DNA from: Candidatus Nanohaloarchaea archaeon
GTDB lineage: Archaea > Nanohalarchaeota > Nanosalinia > Nanosalinales > Nanosalinaceae
Assembly (NCBI GenBank): GCA_047617745.1
Contig: JBLGBN010000002.1
Coordinates: forward strand, 6,746-70,745
Reading direction: 5' to 3'
DNA length: 64,000 nucleotides
The position numbers were made by a program, and so were the translations under genes. The notes under the pieces are model-generated. The model was not told the origin of the DNA. It worked only from the letters and a program-made list of their open reading frames with translations, and ran no database searches. Shown in pieces: positions 27,451-36,906 of this stretch (positions are counted from its first letter, which is position 1; each line of letters starts with the position of its first letter).

Positions 27451-28128
27451 TTATCCGCCGAAAGTAAATGAGCCTGCTTCAAGCCTTGCGACTTTTCCAT
27501 CCAGTACAACAGTTGAGTTTCTGGGGTAGATAACAATATCTCCCGAGAACGAGTTTATGTTTAGAGGCCTGGAAGAGCTGAACTCTGTTGAAGCTGACTC
27601 CGAGTCGATAGAACCTTTAACCTGGCCAAAGTTGATTTTCGACCGTTCAACCCCGTTGATCTCCAGTCTCGAGGTGTTGAAGCTCTGACTTACAGGTGCC
27701 TGACCTGAAATATTGACTCCTGAAGTGACAGCTCCAGCAACCGTACCTGAAACCATAGTGTCGTTTACCGGTGTAACTGCTCCCTCGAACCCGTAAAAAG
27801 TTATCTCCGAATCGGATTCAACCTTTTTGCTGCCGAGCTGCACGGATTTAGTGGAGTTGGACACCACCTCTGCCCTGCTTATACTCATCGACTCCTCGCT
27901 CAGGCTTTCAACCTTTAACGTTGCCTCGACACTGTTCTCCGGTTCAGGGGTCTCGGTAAACATGTTCCTCAGGTTGTTAACCGGGTTGTCCAGTATATCC
28001 TGGAACTCGAAATCCTCTGTTGTCGGAGTGTCAAGGTCAAGGCTCTGTGCCTCAACTCCCTGACCCGATGATACTGCAATCGCTGTAAGAGTTGCGAGAA
28101 CAGCTGCAAGAATTTTACCGTCTAACAT
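27451..28128 (-). CDS. secreted protein, unknown function
   Basis: Signal peptide MLDGKILAAVLATLTAIAVSSGQG followed by an S/T/V-rich, beta-like sequence. It is the last gene of a three-gene minus-strand operon. Confidence 0.6.
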   Translation of the reverse strand: MLDGKILAAVLATLTAIAVSSGQGVEAQSLDLDTPTTEDFEFQDILDNPVNNLRNMFTETPEPENSVEATLKVESLSEESMSISRAEVVSNSTKSVQLGSKKVESDSEITFYGFEGAVTPVNDTMVSGTVAGAVTSGVNISGQAPVSQSFNTSRLEINGVERSKINFGQVKGSIDSESASTEFSSSRPLNINSFSGDIVIYPRNSTVVLDGKVARLEAGSFTFGG

Positions 28129-28161
28129 AGGTTTAATTTGGAGTAGTCGGGATATAAAACC

Positions 28162-28635
28162 CTAGTCCTCTTTATCGTCCTTCTTCACCTTGTCCAGTAC
28201 AACCTCCTTCGTTGAGCCGGAGTCACTGGATTTGGAGGACTCTCTTTTCTCCTTCTTTCTCTGGTAGTTTCTCAACTTTATCTCCTCCTTCACCTTTTCG
28301 TAAATCTTCTTGAAAGGGTATAATGCCATCATGATCAGGTGGTAAGGTATCTTCAGTACTGTTCTTGCTATTGAGTAGGCTGAAGCCAGAAAGCTATACG
28401 CCATGTAGAAGACTGCGCCCATAAACGCGTAGGTCAGCATCTGGTTAAATGAGAAACTGAAGCTGAATAGCTGCGTCAACGCAACGTAAAATGCTCCGGA
28501 TAGCACAGAGACGGTTATCGTCTCGAACACCATTTTCATGACTTTAAACGCTACTACAAACGCTATTACCAGTAAAACGATAAGAACTGCTGTAGCCATG
28601 TCCTGTGGTAGCTGTGATATTATTGGTATGTTCAT
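28162..28635 (-). CDS. integral membrane protein with Lys-rich cytoplasmic tail
   Basis: About four TM helices and a C-terminal KKEKRESSKSS...KKDDKED tail. Its ATG overlaps the stop of the upstream S-layer-like gene (ATGA at 28632-28635). Confidence 0.6.
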   Translation of the reverse strand: MNIPIISQLPQDMATAVLIVLLVIAFVVAFKVMKMVFETITVSVLSGAFYVALTQLFSFSFSFNQMLTYAFMGAVFYMAYSFLASAYSIARTVLKIPYHLIMMALYPFKKIYEKVKEEIKLRNYQRKKEKRESSKSSDSGSTKEVVLDKVKKDDKED

Positions 28636-31334
28636 CTTCCGAGCACCTTGTAAAGTGGATCTCCTTCCTCAGGGATAAGACTTGTGTAAGCTATGAACCC
28701 TATTACAAGCAGTACAAACACCACTACAGCCAGAATTATTATCATTCCGCTACCGCCTCCCTCCTGGGTGTTCGAAGGTGAAGGAGATCCAGGCTGCTGC
28801 GTATCTCCCTGTGAACCGGCGGTGCTTGAGCGGGCCTCAACCATGTTAACCTTCTGCTCGGTTGCCTCGTAGACTCTCTCCGCTTTCTCGTAGTTCCCTG
28901 CATTGTAGGCGTTTTCAACCTCGGTAACATTAAGCGAGGCAGTGTTCAACGTATTCTGGTTTTCCGTGCTTGAAACCTGTGACTGAAGACTGTTTATTCT
29001 GCTTCTAAGCGTGCTTGCCTGTTCAGAGTAATCCGGAACTACATCCGCGGTTACGTCAATTACTACAGTTGCCTGATCCTGTGAGGACTCTGCTGTTACC
29101 TCGACTGACCCGCTGGAAGATACTTCAGACAAAGTAAGTTCAACTATCTCCGTCTCTCCACCCTCTATCTCTATACTGTCCGCATCTACTGACATCTGAT
29201 CCGAGCTGAATGAAACCGACTCAACTGTCATTGAACCGGTGTTTTCAACTGTGATCTCTCTGGTAACGGTTTCTGATTCTGTCAGTGTTCCCAGATCCAG
29301 GGATTCATTTACAGAGAACGATACTTCCTGTGACTCGGCTTCTGAGTCCAGCTCTACAGGTACTTCCACGTCCTCGATTTCAACCATTCCATTGTAGTAG
29401 CCCGGACCTGAAACTGTGTAGTTTACCTCTACCAACTGCTGGTTGTTGGAGGAGTTGAGTTCTACTGACTCCGGCCCGGTATCTACGAAGCTGGAGATAT
29501 TACCTGTTACATCGGGCCGGATCTCTTCGGAGCTGTTTTCATTTGCGAGATAGTAAACCCTGAAATGTCTGTCGATCTCTTCGTTTTCATCTGAAGACAC
29601 GTTAAGCTCTGTTATCAGCTCAGCACATATCGTCTGGTTCCTGTAATCACATTCAGGAAGGTCCATGTCGACAGTAATCGAGTCGTTGTAAGCGTTGTCC
29701 GCCAGAACCACTTCACCGTTAGCCTCTTCAACTTCTGACATGTTGACGTTGAGAGTGACATTCACCGTGGAGTCTCCAGGGACAAACACATCTGATGTCC
29801 CGTTAACCCATGTGATTCCTTCCAGCTCTCCGGTGACTGAAGGTTCAAGTTCAAGATCGGAGCTCCCAAGATTCTCAACTGTAAAGTTGTAACTATAGTT
29901 TCTACCTGTTATGATTGTATCCTCTATATCGCCCGAAATGTTGAATGTTCTATTTACATCCTCGACGAAAAAGTTGTCCGTAGAAGCGACGTATTCCCCG
30001 TAAATGTTCTGTGATTGAACATCAATATCATAGGTTCCTTCCTCCCAGTCAGAGGGGATCTCCACATCTCTATGGAAAATACCGTTATCGTATTCCATTT
30101 CCTCCAATGTAAAGTTCTTGAGATCGTTTACATCGAGGAATGTTCCGTTAGTTATTGATATATTTCCTTCCTCTATCCTTGATCTCGGTATTGTTTTAGA
30201 GGAGTAAAGACCCTCAAATGCTATCTCGAGGTTGTAGTCTCCCCCCTGCCTAACGGAGGACGAGGCACCAAACCTGATTGTATAGTGCTGTACAGTCACA
30301 TTCAGTCTTTCCACAGCCTCTGTTTCCGGTCCTGTAGCGTTGTAGACGAACTGGACATCATCACCGTAAGCCGTGGTGTTTAGATCCGGGAATGTGAAAT
30401 CTGCGGAATAAACGTTGCCGTCCTCCTGTACATCCATATTTCTTCTCTCCTGCCATTCAGAGGTTGAACGGTTCCAGACATTCATTGTAATATTTACGCT
30501 CTCAGGCTCTTCTCCCGTAACTTCGTACTCTGTGCTGATCTCTGCGCTTCTCTCACAGCTAGGGAAAAGCACTGAGCCGCTGCAGCCCGGCGAATCAAAT
30601 GAATGTATATTCCCCTGCATCGGCGGCTCCGTTGTCACAGGGATCGAAAGCGATCCTGAAGGACTATCGATTGAGTCACCAGTATTTGTTACATTGATAT
30701 GCATCAGGTATTCGCCGCCGAAGTTGTCAGGTACCTCCACAAAACCGTTGAAGTACTCTGATCCTTCCTGATTTCCTAGATTCTGAATTGTGTGAGTGTG
30801 AGTTCCATTTGTGAAGTAAATGTTAGCTGTAGCCCCTGTTTCAGGCTCGTCTTTCCATTCATCTGTTACGTTGATCCTGACGTTCGTGGTTTCCCCTGGT
30901 GGAAGTGTGGTGGAAGTGTCGGAAAGAAGCTCTACGCTATAGTTCCCGAATTCGAGCGTTTCGGAACTATAGAAGGTGTCCTCGGTACCGGTTGTTTCCT
31001 GAAGAGTGTAGTTAACCTGTTTTCCCCTGGAAAGTTCCGGATTAATATCTGCGTACCAGTAACCTTCGCTCAGATGCTGCATATCGCCTATCTCGCCGTT
31101 TGAGGCGTTGTATGTATAATAGAAGTCGAAACCAAATTCTACGTCTGCCTCTGTTACAGGTTCGCCGTTGTTAGTGACTTCAACCATTCTCGCAGAGTCG
31201 GATAATTCGCCAACCGTGGAGGTAGAGTAAGGTTCGTCTAGAGGAGTTATACTGTATGCAGAGGCTGCGCCTGTTAGCAGAAATAGAGATGTTAGAAGGG
31301 TTATTAATGAGGAAAACCTGTTTTTGGTATACAT
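28632..31334 (-). CDS. S-layer-like surface glycoprotein candidate (CARDB-like repeats, C-terminal TM anchor)
   Basis: Start chosen at ATG 31334 (MYTKNRFSSLITLLTSLFLLTGAASAYS signal peptide). The longer ORF to 31421 would overlap the upstream methyltransferase gene. I counted roughly 30 N-x-S/T sequons by eye. Repeated beta-domains resemble FTVENLGSSDLELE and ITVENTGSMTVESV. A helical segment comes next, then an S/T/P/G linker and the TM anchor MIIILAVVVFVLLVIGFIAY. Confidence 0.8.
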   Translation of the reverse strand: MYTKNRFSSLITLLTSLFLLTGAASAYSITPLDEPYSTSTVGELSDSARMVEVTNNGEPVTEADVEFGFDFYYTYNASNGEIGDMQHLSEGYWYADINPELSRGKQVNYTLQETTGTEDTFYSSETLEFGNYSVELLSDTSTTLPPGETTNVRINVTDEWKDEPETGATANIYFTNGTHTHTIQNLGNQEGSEYFNGFVEVPDNFGGEYLMHINVTNTGDSIDSPSGSLSIPVTTEPPMQGNIHSFDSPGCSGSVLFPSCERSAEISTEYEVTGEEPESVNITMNVWNRSTSEWQERRNMDVQEDGNVYSADFTFPDLNTTAYGDDVQFVYNATGPETEAVERLNVTVQHYTIRFGASSSVRQGGDYNLEIAFEGLYSSKTIPRSRIEEGNISITNGTFLDVNDLKNFTLEEMEYDNGIFHRDVEIPSDWEEGTYDIDVQSQNIYGEYVASTDNFFVEDVNRTFNISGDIEDTIITGRNYSYNFTVENLGSSDLELEPSVTGELEGITWVNGTSDVFVPGDSTVNVTLNVNMSEVEEANGEVVLADNAYNDSITVDMDLPECDYRNQTICAELITELNVSSDENEEIDRHFRVYYLANENSSEEIRPDVTGNISSFVDTGPESVELNSSNNQQLVEVNYTVSGPGYYNGMVEIEDVEVPVELDSEAESQEVSFSVNESLDLGTLTESETVTREITVENTGSMTVESVSFSSDQMSVDADSIEIEGGETEIVELTLSEVSSSGSVEVTAESSQDQATVVIDVTADVVPDYSEQASTLRSRINSLQSQVSSTENQNTLNTASLNVTEVENAYNAGNYEKAERVYEATEQKVNMVEARSSTAGSQGDTQQPGSPSPSNTQEGGGSGMIIILAVVVFVLLVIGFIAYTSLIPEEGDPLYKVLGR

Positions 31335-31368
31335 ATAGGGTTGAATTGACTTTGTAGGGTTAAAAAAT

Positions 31369-31893
31369 CTACTCGTACCGCGCAAGTAAAAGCGTTTCAA
31401 ACCAGAGGCTTCTCCTCTCAACTACCTCCAGACCATATCTATCGATTAACCTTTCATGATCAGCTCTGTCCGATACTATCACAAGCGCAAAACCTTCTTC
31501 CTCCAGGTAATCATCGACCTGGTCCAGAAATTTCTCGGTTAACTCGATCCCTGTCTCCCCACCTCTCCAGATTTCCTCATCCCCAGCGCCTTCCTCACCG
31601 GGAAGATAGGGAGGGTTGAAGGTTATCAGATCAAAACTTTCCTCCACATTTTCAAACAGGCCGGATTCTATGACATCGATTTCAAACCCTTCTTCATCTG
31701 CCCTCCTTCTGGTTTCCTCTACTGCCGCGGGGTTGATATCAACCGCAGTAACTCTGGCGCCGCTCTCAGCCATTTCGAGAGCTATTATGCCTGACCCTGT
31801 CCCAATATCGAGAGTTTTCTTGCCTTCTAAGTCCAGCTCTGATACATAGTTTTTCAGCAGAAAAGAATCCTCGGCAGGTTCGTAGACCGTCAT
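31369..31893 (-). CDS. HemK-related N5-glutamine/N6-adenine class methyltransferase (archaeal Mtq2-like)
   Basis: SAM motif LDIGTGSGIIALEMA and catalytic FNPPYLP. The small archaeal hemK-related size also fits. Confidence 0.85.
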   Translation of the reverse strand: MTVYEPAEDSFLLKNYVSELDLEGKKTLDIGTGSGIIALEMAESGARVTAVDINPAAVEETRRRADEEGFEIDVIESGLFENVEESFDLITFNPPYLPGEEGAGDEEIWRGGETGIELTEKFLDQVDDYLEEEGFALVIVSDRADHERLIDRYGLEVVERRSLWFETLLLARYE

Positions 31894-33461
31894 CAGCTGA
31901 TTTGGCGTACAAACTCCAGGTATAGAGGGTTTGGATCTTCGAAGCTTGAGTTGAACTCGGGATGTGCCTGTGTTCCTATAAAGAACGGATGGCCCTCTTT
32001 CTCAAGGTATTCAGCCAGTTTATTATTTTCCGTTGATCTGCCGGTTATCTTCAGGTCGCCGCTCTCTATCTCGCTGTGGTAATCGGGGTTGACCTCGTAT
32101 CTATGTCTATGTCTTTCAACAACCGTATCTGAACCGTATATTTCACGAACTTCTCCCTCTACACTGGCCTGATAAGATCCAAGTCTCATGGTGCCTCCCA
32201 TTTCCTCTACATTTTTCTGGCCGGGCAGCTCCGCTATAACTTTGTGCTCCTCACCATTCTCAAACTCTTCCGAGGTTGCATCCATATCCTTGACGTTTCT
32301 AATGTATTCGACTACCATCAGCTGCATCCCGTAGCATAAACCAAGAATCGGAATACCGTTTTCCCGGCAGTACCTTATTACTTCCATCTTCCCTTCTACT
32401 CCCCGGGAACCGAAGCCTCCAGGTATAATAATGCCGTCGTATTCATCTATACCATTCTTTTCCAGGTTCTCGGTGCTCTGGTACTCTATATCTATGCTGC
32501 CTCCAAGCTCTGCAGATGCGTGCTTCAGGGCTTCCTCTATTGAGACATACGAGTCATCCATTTCTGTATACTTCCCGAAGATCGCGACCGATGCAATTTC
32601 GCCGGATGAAAGGTTTTCCACTCTTTCCTCCCATTCATCGAGTTTGGAGCTTCTGGATGGAAGCTCCAGTTTTTCTGATATGATTTTGTCGACATTCTGC
32701 TGGTCGAACAGCATCGGCAGACGGTATACCGTATCCACGTTGGGGTCGGAGATGACTTCACGGTTATCGACGTCGCAGAACAGCGCTATCTTCTCCTGGA
32801 CAGATTCCTCCAGCCAATCCTTGCTTCTGCCGACTATCATATCCGGCTCAAGCCCTGCCTCTCTTAGATCCTTGACAGAGTGCTGGGTTGGCTTGGTTTT
32901 CTGCTCGCCGGTAGTTTCAAGATAGGGAACAAGCGTAGTATGTATTAGATAAGTTTGATTCTCAGGCAACTCGGAGCGCATCTGTCTCGCTGCCTCAAGG
33001 TAGAACTGGTTCTCCATGTCGCCGACAGTCCCCCCAATCTCGATTATGACAATGTCCGCATCCTCTTCTTCCACAGAATCTCTCCAGTTATCCTTTATCT
33101 CATCTGTTACATGTGGAACCATCTGAACAGTTTTTCCCAGGTAATCACCTTTCCTTTCTTTTTCGATCACGTTCTGGAATATCTTTCCCGAGGTCAGGTT
33201 CCATTCTCCTTTGCCTTTGGCTCCGAGAAATCTTTCGTAGTGGCCGAAGTCCATGTCGACCTCCGTTCCGTCCTCAAGTACAAATACCTCGCCGTGCTCA
33301 TGAGGGTTCATTGTTCCGGGATCCACATTCAGGTAGCCATCACACTTTATAGGGACTATCTCTTGTCCTCTTAGCTGTAGAAGTTTTGAGACGCTCGCGC
33401 TTACAAGGCCTTTACCAAGACCTGAAAGAACTCCCCCTGTGACAAAAATCCACTTCGGCAT
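31893..33461 (-). CDS. pyrG: CTP synthase
   Basis: N-terminal IFVTGGVLSGLGKG, the synthetase domain, and a C-terminal glutamine amidotransferase (GLCYGMQ, HRHRYEVN). Confidence 0.95.
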   Translation of the reverse strand: MPKWIFVTGGVLSGLGKGLVSASVSKLLQLRGQEIVPIKCDGYLNVDPGTMNPHEHGEVFVLEDGTEVDMDFGHYERFLGAKGKGEWNLTSGKIFQNVIEKERKGDYLGKTVQMVPHVTDEIKDNWRDSVEEEDADIVIIEIGGTVGDMENQFYLEAARQMRSELPENQTYLIHTTLVPYLETTGEQKTKPTQHSVKDLREAGLEPDMIVGRSKDWLEESVQEKIALFCDVDNREVISDPNVDTVYRLPMLFDQQNVDKIISEKLELPSRSSKLDEWEERVENLSSGEIASVAIFGKYTEMDDSYVSIEEALKHASAELGGSIDIEYQSTENLEKNGIDEYDGIIIPGGFGSRGVEGKMEVIRYCRENGIPILGLCYGMQLMVVEYIRNVKDMDATSEEFENGEEHKVIAELPGQKNVEEMGGTMRLGSYQASVEGEVREIYGSDTVVERHRHRYEVNPDYHSEIESGDLKITGRSTENNKLAEYLEKEGHPFFIGTQAHPEFNSSFEDPNPLYLEFVRQIS

Positions 33462-33512
33462 AATATATTTCGATCAACTGGAAATAAATATGAAACGGTT
33501 ACCGAGAATTTT

Positions 33513-34307
33513 TCAGATCCGGTCCGCTAAAAATTCAGTTACTTCTTTTAGCTGTATGATTTCAAGTTCGTTTACCCGTTTCTCGGAGTGTGGTAACTTG
33601 TCTCGTATCTCCTTGGCCTCATCTTTGCTGATTTCAAGGATGTGGCGGGCGTCTACAAACGCGTTTCTTACCTTCTTCCTCTTGTGGGTGAATAATGCTC
33701 TGACTATCTTGAAGAAGAACTCCTCGTCTTCTACTCCGTGACGCTCCTCGTTAGGGTAGAGTTTGACTATCGCTGTCTGGACCTCGGGTTCAGGCTCGAA
33801 GCTTGAGGAAGGAACGGTTCTCAGTTTGACAGGTATGAAATAGTAATTGGCGAGCACTGTAAATCGTCCATAATCCGATTCTCCGGGTTCAGCGACTATC
33901 CGGTCGGCCAGGTCATCCTGTACTATCAACGCGCTCTGTATCTGTTCTTCGCCAAGCTTCTCAATGATTTCCGAGGATAGATGAAACGGAATGTTTGAAA
34001 CACATCTGTCTATATCCGGTATTTCGTACTCAAGTATGTCCTCCTGAACTACCTCTACATTTGAATCTTCAAACTCTTCCTTCAGGTGTTTAGCGAGTAC
34101 AGAGTTGTTCTCTACTGCGTATACTTTCTCGGCTTTTCTGGAAAGTTTCTGTGTTATTGCTCCTGTTCCGGCACCAATCTCCAGTACTTCCTTTTCTTCA
34201 ACCTCTCCTGCTTCAACCAGGGCTTCGACTATTACTTCGGAGGTCAGAAAGTTCTGGCCTTTGACAGGTTTGATTCCGAGTTTCCTGAGTGTCTTTACAG
34301 TTTCCAT
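33513..34307 (-). CDS. rsmA: 16S/18S rRNA dimethyladenosine transferase
   Basis: KGQNFL, EIGAGTGAIT and SNIPFHLSS motifs of KsgA/Dim1. Confidence 0.92.
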   Translation of the reverse strand: METVKTLRKLGIKPVKGQNFLTSEVIVEALVEAGEVEEKEVLEIGAGTGAITQKLSRKAEKVYAVENNSVLAKHLKEEFEDSNVEVVQEDILEYEIPDIDRCVSNIPFHLSSEIIEKLGEEQIQSALIVQDDLADRIVAEPGESDYGRFTVLANYYFIPVKLRTVPSSSFEPEPEVQTAIVKLYPNEERHGVEDEEFFFKIVRALFTHKRKKVRNAFVDARHILEISKDEAKEIRDKLPHSEKRVNELEIIQLKEVTEFLADRI

Positions 34308-34327
34308 CAGTTCAAGAGAAAAATTAT

Positions 34328-34864
34328 TTACGATATGAACAGTTTTGTCTTGACATCGCCTTTCAGCTCCTCAACGATCCGGTCCTTGATAACTTTCTTC
34401 GGATCCGGCAGGCTGGATACTCTTTCCTGTATGTCTTCAAAGCTTTCGAAGTCGCCTTTCTCTCTTTCATCCAGAAGTCTCTGCATGTGTTTGCTGCCGA
34501 TTCCTGGTAGAAGTTCGAATGCGTGTCTCCGCGGTGTTACAGGTGTTGCCTCGTTGAAGAATTCGACGAATTCATCTTCTTTTTCATCTATAAGTGCGTC
34601 AAGAACGTATTTTAGTTCGCTTCTGGCGCTTCCGGTAAGATCATCGTATTCAAGTTTGGTCTTGATGTACTTGACCTTTTCTCTTTCTCCTTCTCCGATG
34701 TAGAGTTCTTCTCCTCCTTTCGGTCTTTCCTCGTCGCGCATTACGACCTCTAGAAGGTTGAAGTTTTCTGTTCCAATTCCCTGCGCCGTTGGTTCGTCTT
34801 TCTCACCGGATCTTCCGTGTTCCAGGAAGTCCAGCACCTTGATGTATTCATCTTTTTCTGACAT
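34328..34864 (-). CDS. DUF655 family putative RNA/nucleotide-binding protein
   Basis: An N-terminal OB-like region (VLDFLEHGRSG) and a C-terminal helix-hairpin-helix (FELLPGIGSKHMQRLL). It holds the conserved archaeal position between rpoF/L21e and ksgA. Confidence 0.75.
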   Translation of the reverse strand: MSEKDEYIKVLDFLEHGRSGEKDEPTAQGIGTENFNLLEVVMRDEERPKGGEELYIGEGEREKVKYIKTKLEYDDLTGSARSELKYVLDALIDEKEDEFVEFFNEATPVTPRRHAFELLPGIGSKHMQRLLDEREKGDFESFEDIQERVSSLPDPKKVIKDRIVEELKGDVKTKLFIS

Positions 34865-34924
34865 TTTATCACCTTCTAGGGTTATGAAATAAGAGAGAAC
34901 TTGATAGTTAAAAACTTGCCGACG

Positions 34925-35257
34925 TTACTCTGTTTCGATCGACTGGCAGATATCCAGTATCTGCTCTACTTCAGAGTCGTCAAGCTTCACTCTTTCTTTT
35001 GAGAAAACTGCTCTGACTGTTGACTCGTGCTGTGGAACTACTTCAAGTAGTTTGTAGACATGCTTCTGCTTCAGAGACTCAATATCTGAGAGCTCGTCGT
35101 TGAGTTCTTCCAGAGTATCAAGATCTTTTACTTTGGTGTGTCGTGTAAGGTTTTCCAGTGCGATCTTCTGCTCGTGGACAAGATCTTCCTCATCCCTTTC
35201 CTCTAGAGCTTCAAGCGCTTCTACAGGATAAACGTATTCTTCATCTTTTACTTCCAT
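34925..35257 (-). CDS. rpoF: DNA-directed RNA polymerase subunit F (Rpo4)
   Basis: 110-aa acidic helical protein immediately downstream of L21e. This matches the size and the conserved neighbourhood of archaeal Rpo4/F. Confidence 0.7.
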   Translation of the reverse strand: MEVKDEEYVYPVEALEALEERDEEDLVHEQKIALENLTRHTKVKDLDTLEELNDELSDIESLKQKHVYKLLEVVPQHESTVRAVFSKERVKLDDSEVEQILDICQSIETE

Positions 35258-35266
35258 AGAAATCCC

Positions 35267-35554
35267 CTACTCTACCTTTTCCAGGTGGATCGGCTTAACG
35301 TACAGGGTTTTATCTTTTCCTTTGTCGCTGAACTCAACTTCATAGGCGTCTCCTCTCTTGCCTGTTACTTCAACTGTTCTTCCGTGGTATCTTACGTGGA
35401 CTCTTCCTTCCTGAACTGACGGGTTGATCTTGAGAAGTGCTTTCTCTCCTTCCTCGAACTCTTTGAAATGATCGTTTACTGTTGGTTTATCCCTGTTCTC
35501 TTTTGCGAGAGTCTTCCTTGCGCCCTGCTGAGAGCCACCGGATTTCTGTGCCAT
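35267..35554 (-). CDS. rpl21e: 50S ribosomal protein L21e
   Basis: Basic N-terminus MAQKSGGSQQGARKT and an SH3-like core VHVRYHGRTVEVTGKRGDAYEV. Confidence 0.85.
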   Translation of the reverse strand: MAQKSGGSQQGARKTLAKENRDKPTVNDHFKEFEEGEKALLKINPSVQEGRVHVRYHGRTVEVTGKRGDAYEVEFSDKGKDKTLYVKPIHLEKVE

Positions 35555-35624
35555 TTTAATTATTCACCTTATAACAGAAACTGTCGAGCTAAATCTTTTT
35601 AAACTAGTGACCGCCTGTACCCTG

Positions 35625-36860
35625 TTATTTCTCTATCCAGATCACATCTAACTGCACGCATTCCGCCTGTGTGCCTATAAGATCTGAAATATTTGGCTGG
35701 GTTCTACCCTCATCGCCGTGGATCAGCTCCTTGATGTAAGTCCCGGCTTCCGCCTTAACCTCTAGCTCGAACTCTTTGTCGCCGGTTTTCTCCCAGTCAA
35801 CTTCGTAGACCTCTCTCTTCCTGACTTTTTCTGCTCTTCTATGCTCCACTCTCTGCGGCGTCTCCTGTTCAATCTCACCGACTACCTCGGAAATATTCTC
35901 CAGGTCTTCCTCAGTTACCTCGTCTTCTGTCTCAACCAGCGCCCGGTATTTCTTGTCTGCGTGTTTCTGCTTGATATCCGCGGCTTTATCCTTGTGAGTC
36001 CACTGAAGATCGAAAACCTCGATCTTGTCCGTCGATTCGTTAACCTCTTTCTGTAATTCTTCGAGATCCAGGTGGCGGTTCAGTGGTTCGATTATCTCCA
36101 GCACAAACTCTCTACGGCCAAGACATTTAGCATCTACATCCTCTCTTCCTCCTCCATGGAACTTTGCTTCTATTCCTTTTGTTTCTCTAAGGAATGGTTC
36201 CTGTATCTCTTCTTGGACCGATGTAGGATACTGTTTGCCCGTCCAGTCACATTCCTCACATCCTGTTCCGCGGCAGTTCCTACAGTGCCACTCGGTCTGC
36301 GGAATCTCTCGGGAATACTTGTTGTACTGCCCGTATATCAGCAGAGAGTTGACCTGCATTTCTACCCGGTCCTTGGATTCCTCCATTTCAATTATTGCGT
36401 TTATATCCGGTCTCTCGAAATCTACCTCTATATCCATTCTTTCCTCAAGTCTCTTCCCGATTAACCTTGAAAGCTCTGTCTTGATAGGTTCAACCCATTC
36501 TAGGCCATACTCTTCCCAGAGTTCTTCCTCCGCTTTCAGAACATCACTTGGAGGTCTGATACCTATAAGAAAAGTGTCAAGTTCGTACCTTTCAAATGAA
36601 TCCTCAACCAGATTGGTCCAGTGCTCCAGTTTCTCGAAGACTCCCTGGCAGACCTCACAGCTTCCACCTGCCTCGACATTATCTTCAGGAATATTTTCTC
36701 GGACAAAAGAATCCTCATCTACCTTATCCATTTCTCTCAGTATCGCCCCTCTTTCATAGTTTTCCAGGCCGTGACCCAACTTGGCAAACTGTCTGCCAAG
36801 GCAGTGATCACATAGATCTTCCTCCAGAAGCGCATCGCGTTTTTCCTGAACCGTGTACAT
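35625..36860 (-). CDS. pus10: tRNA pseudouridine(54/55) synthase Pus10
   Basis: N-terminal zinc module CDHCLGRQFAKL...CEVCQG, a second cluster CRNCRGTGCEEC, and a C-terminal catalytic domain (HGGGREDVD, GTYIKELIHGD). Confidence 0.9.
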   Translation of the reverse strand: MYTVQEKRDALLEEDLCDHCLGRQFAKLGHGLENYERGAILREMDKVDEDSFVRENIPEDNVEAGGSCEVCQGVFEKLEHWTNLVEDSFERYELDTFLIGIRPPSDVLKAEEELWEEYGLEWVEPIKTELSRLIGKRLEERMDIEVDFERPDINAIIEMEESKDRVEMQVNSLLIYGQYNKYSREIPQTEWHCRNCRGTGCEECDWTGKQYPTSVQEEIQEPFLRETKGIEAKFHGGGREDVDAKCLGRREFVLEIIEPLNRHLDLEELQKEVNESTDKIEVFDLQWTHKDKAADIKQKHADKKYRALVETEDEVTEEDLENISEVVGEIEQETPQRVEHRRAEKVRKREVYEVDWEKTGDKEFELEVKAEAGTYIKELIHGDEGRTQPNISDLIGTQAECVQLDVIWIEK

Positions 36861-36906
36861 ACAGGAAAACTTCCGGCCCAGTTTTATATACTGAATTAAT
36901 ACAGGG

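Noticed and set aside
31335-31421. N-terminal extension of the S-layer-like ORF (929-aa version)
   Set aside because: The extension overlaps the 3' end of the HemK-related methyltransferase gene and precedes a perfect signal peptide that begins at ATG 31334.
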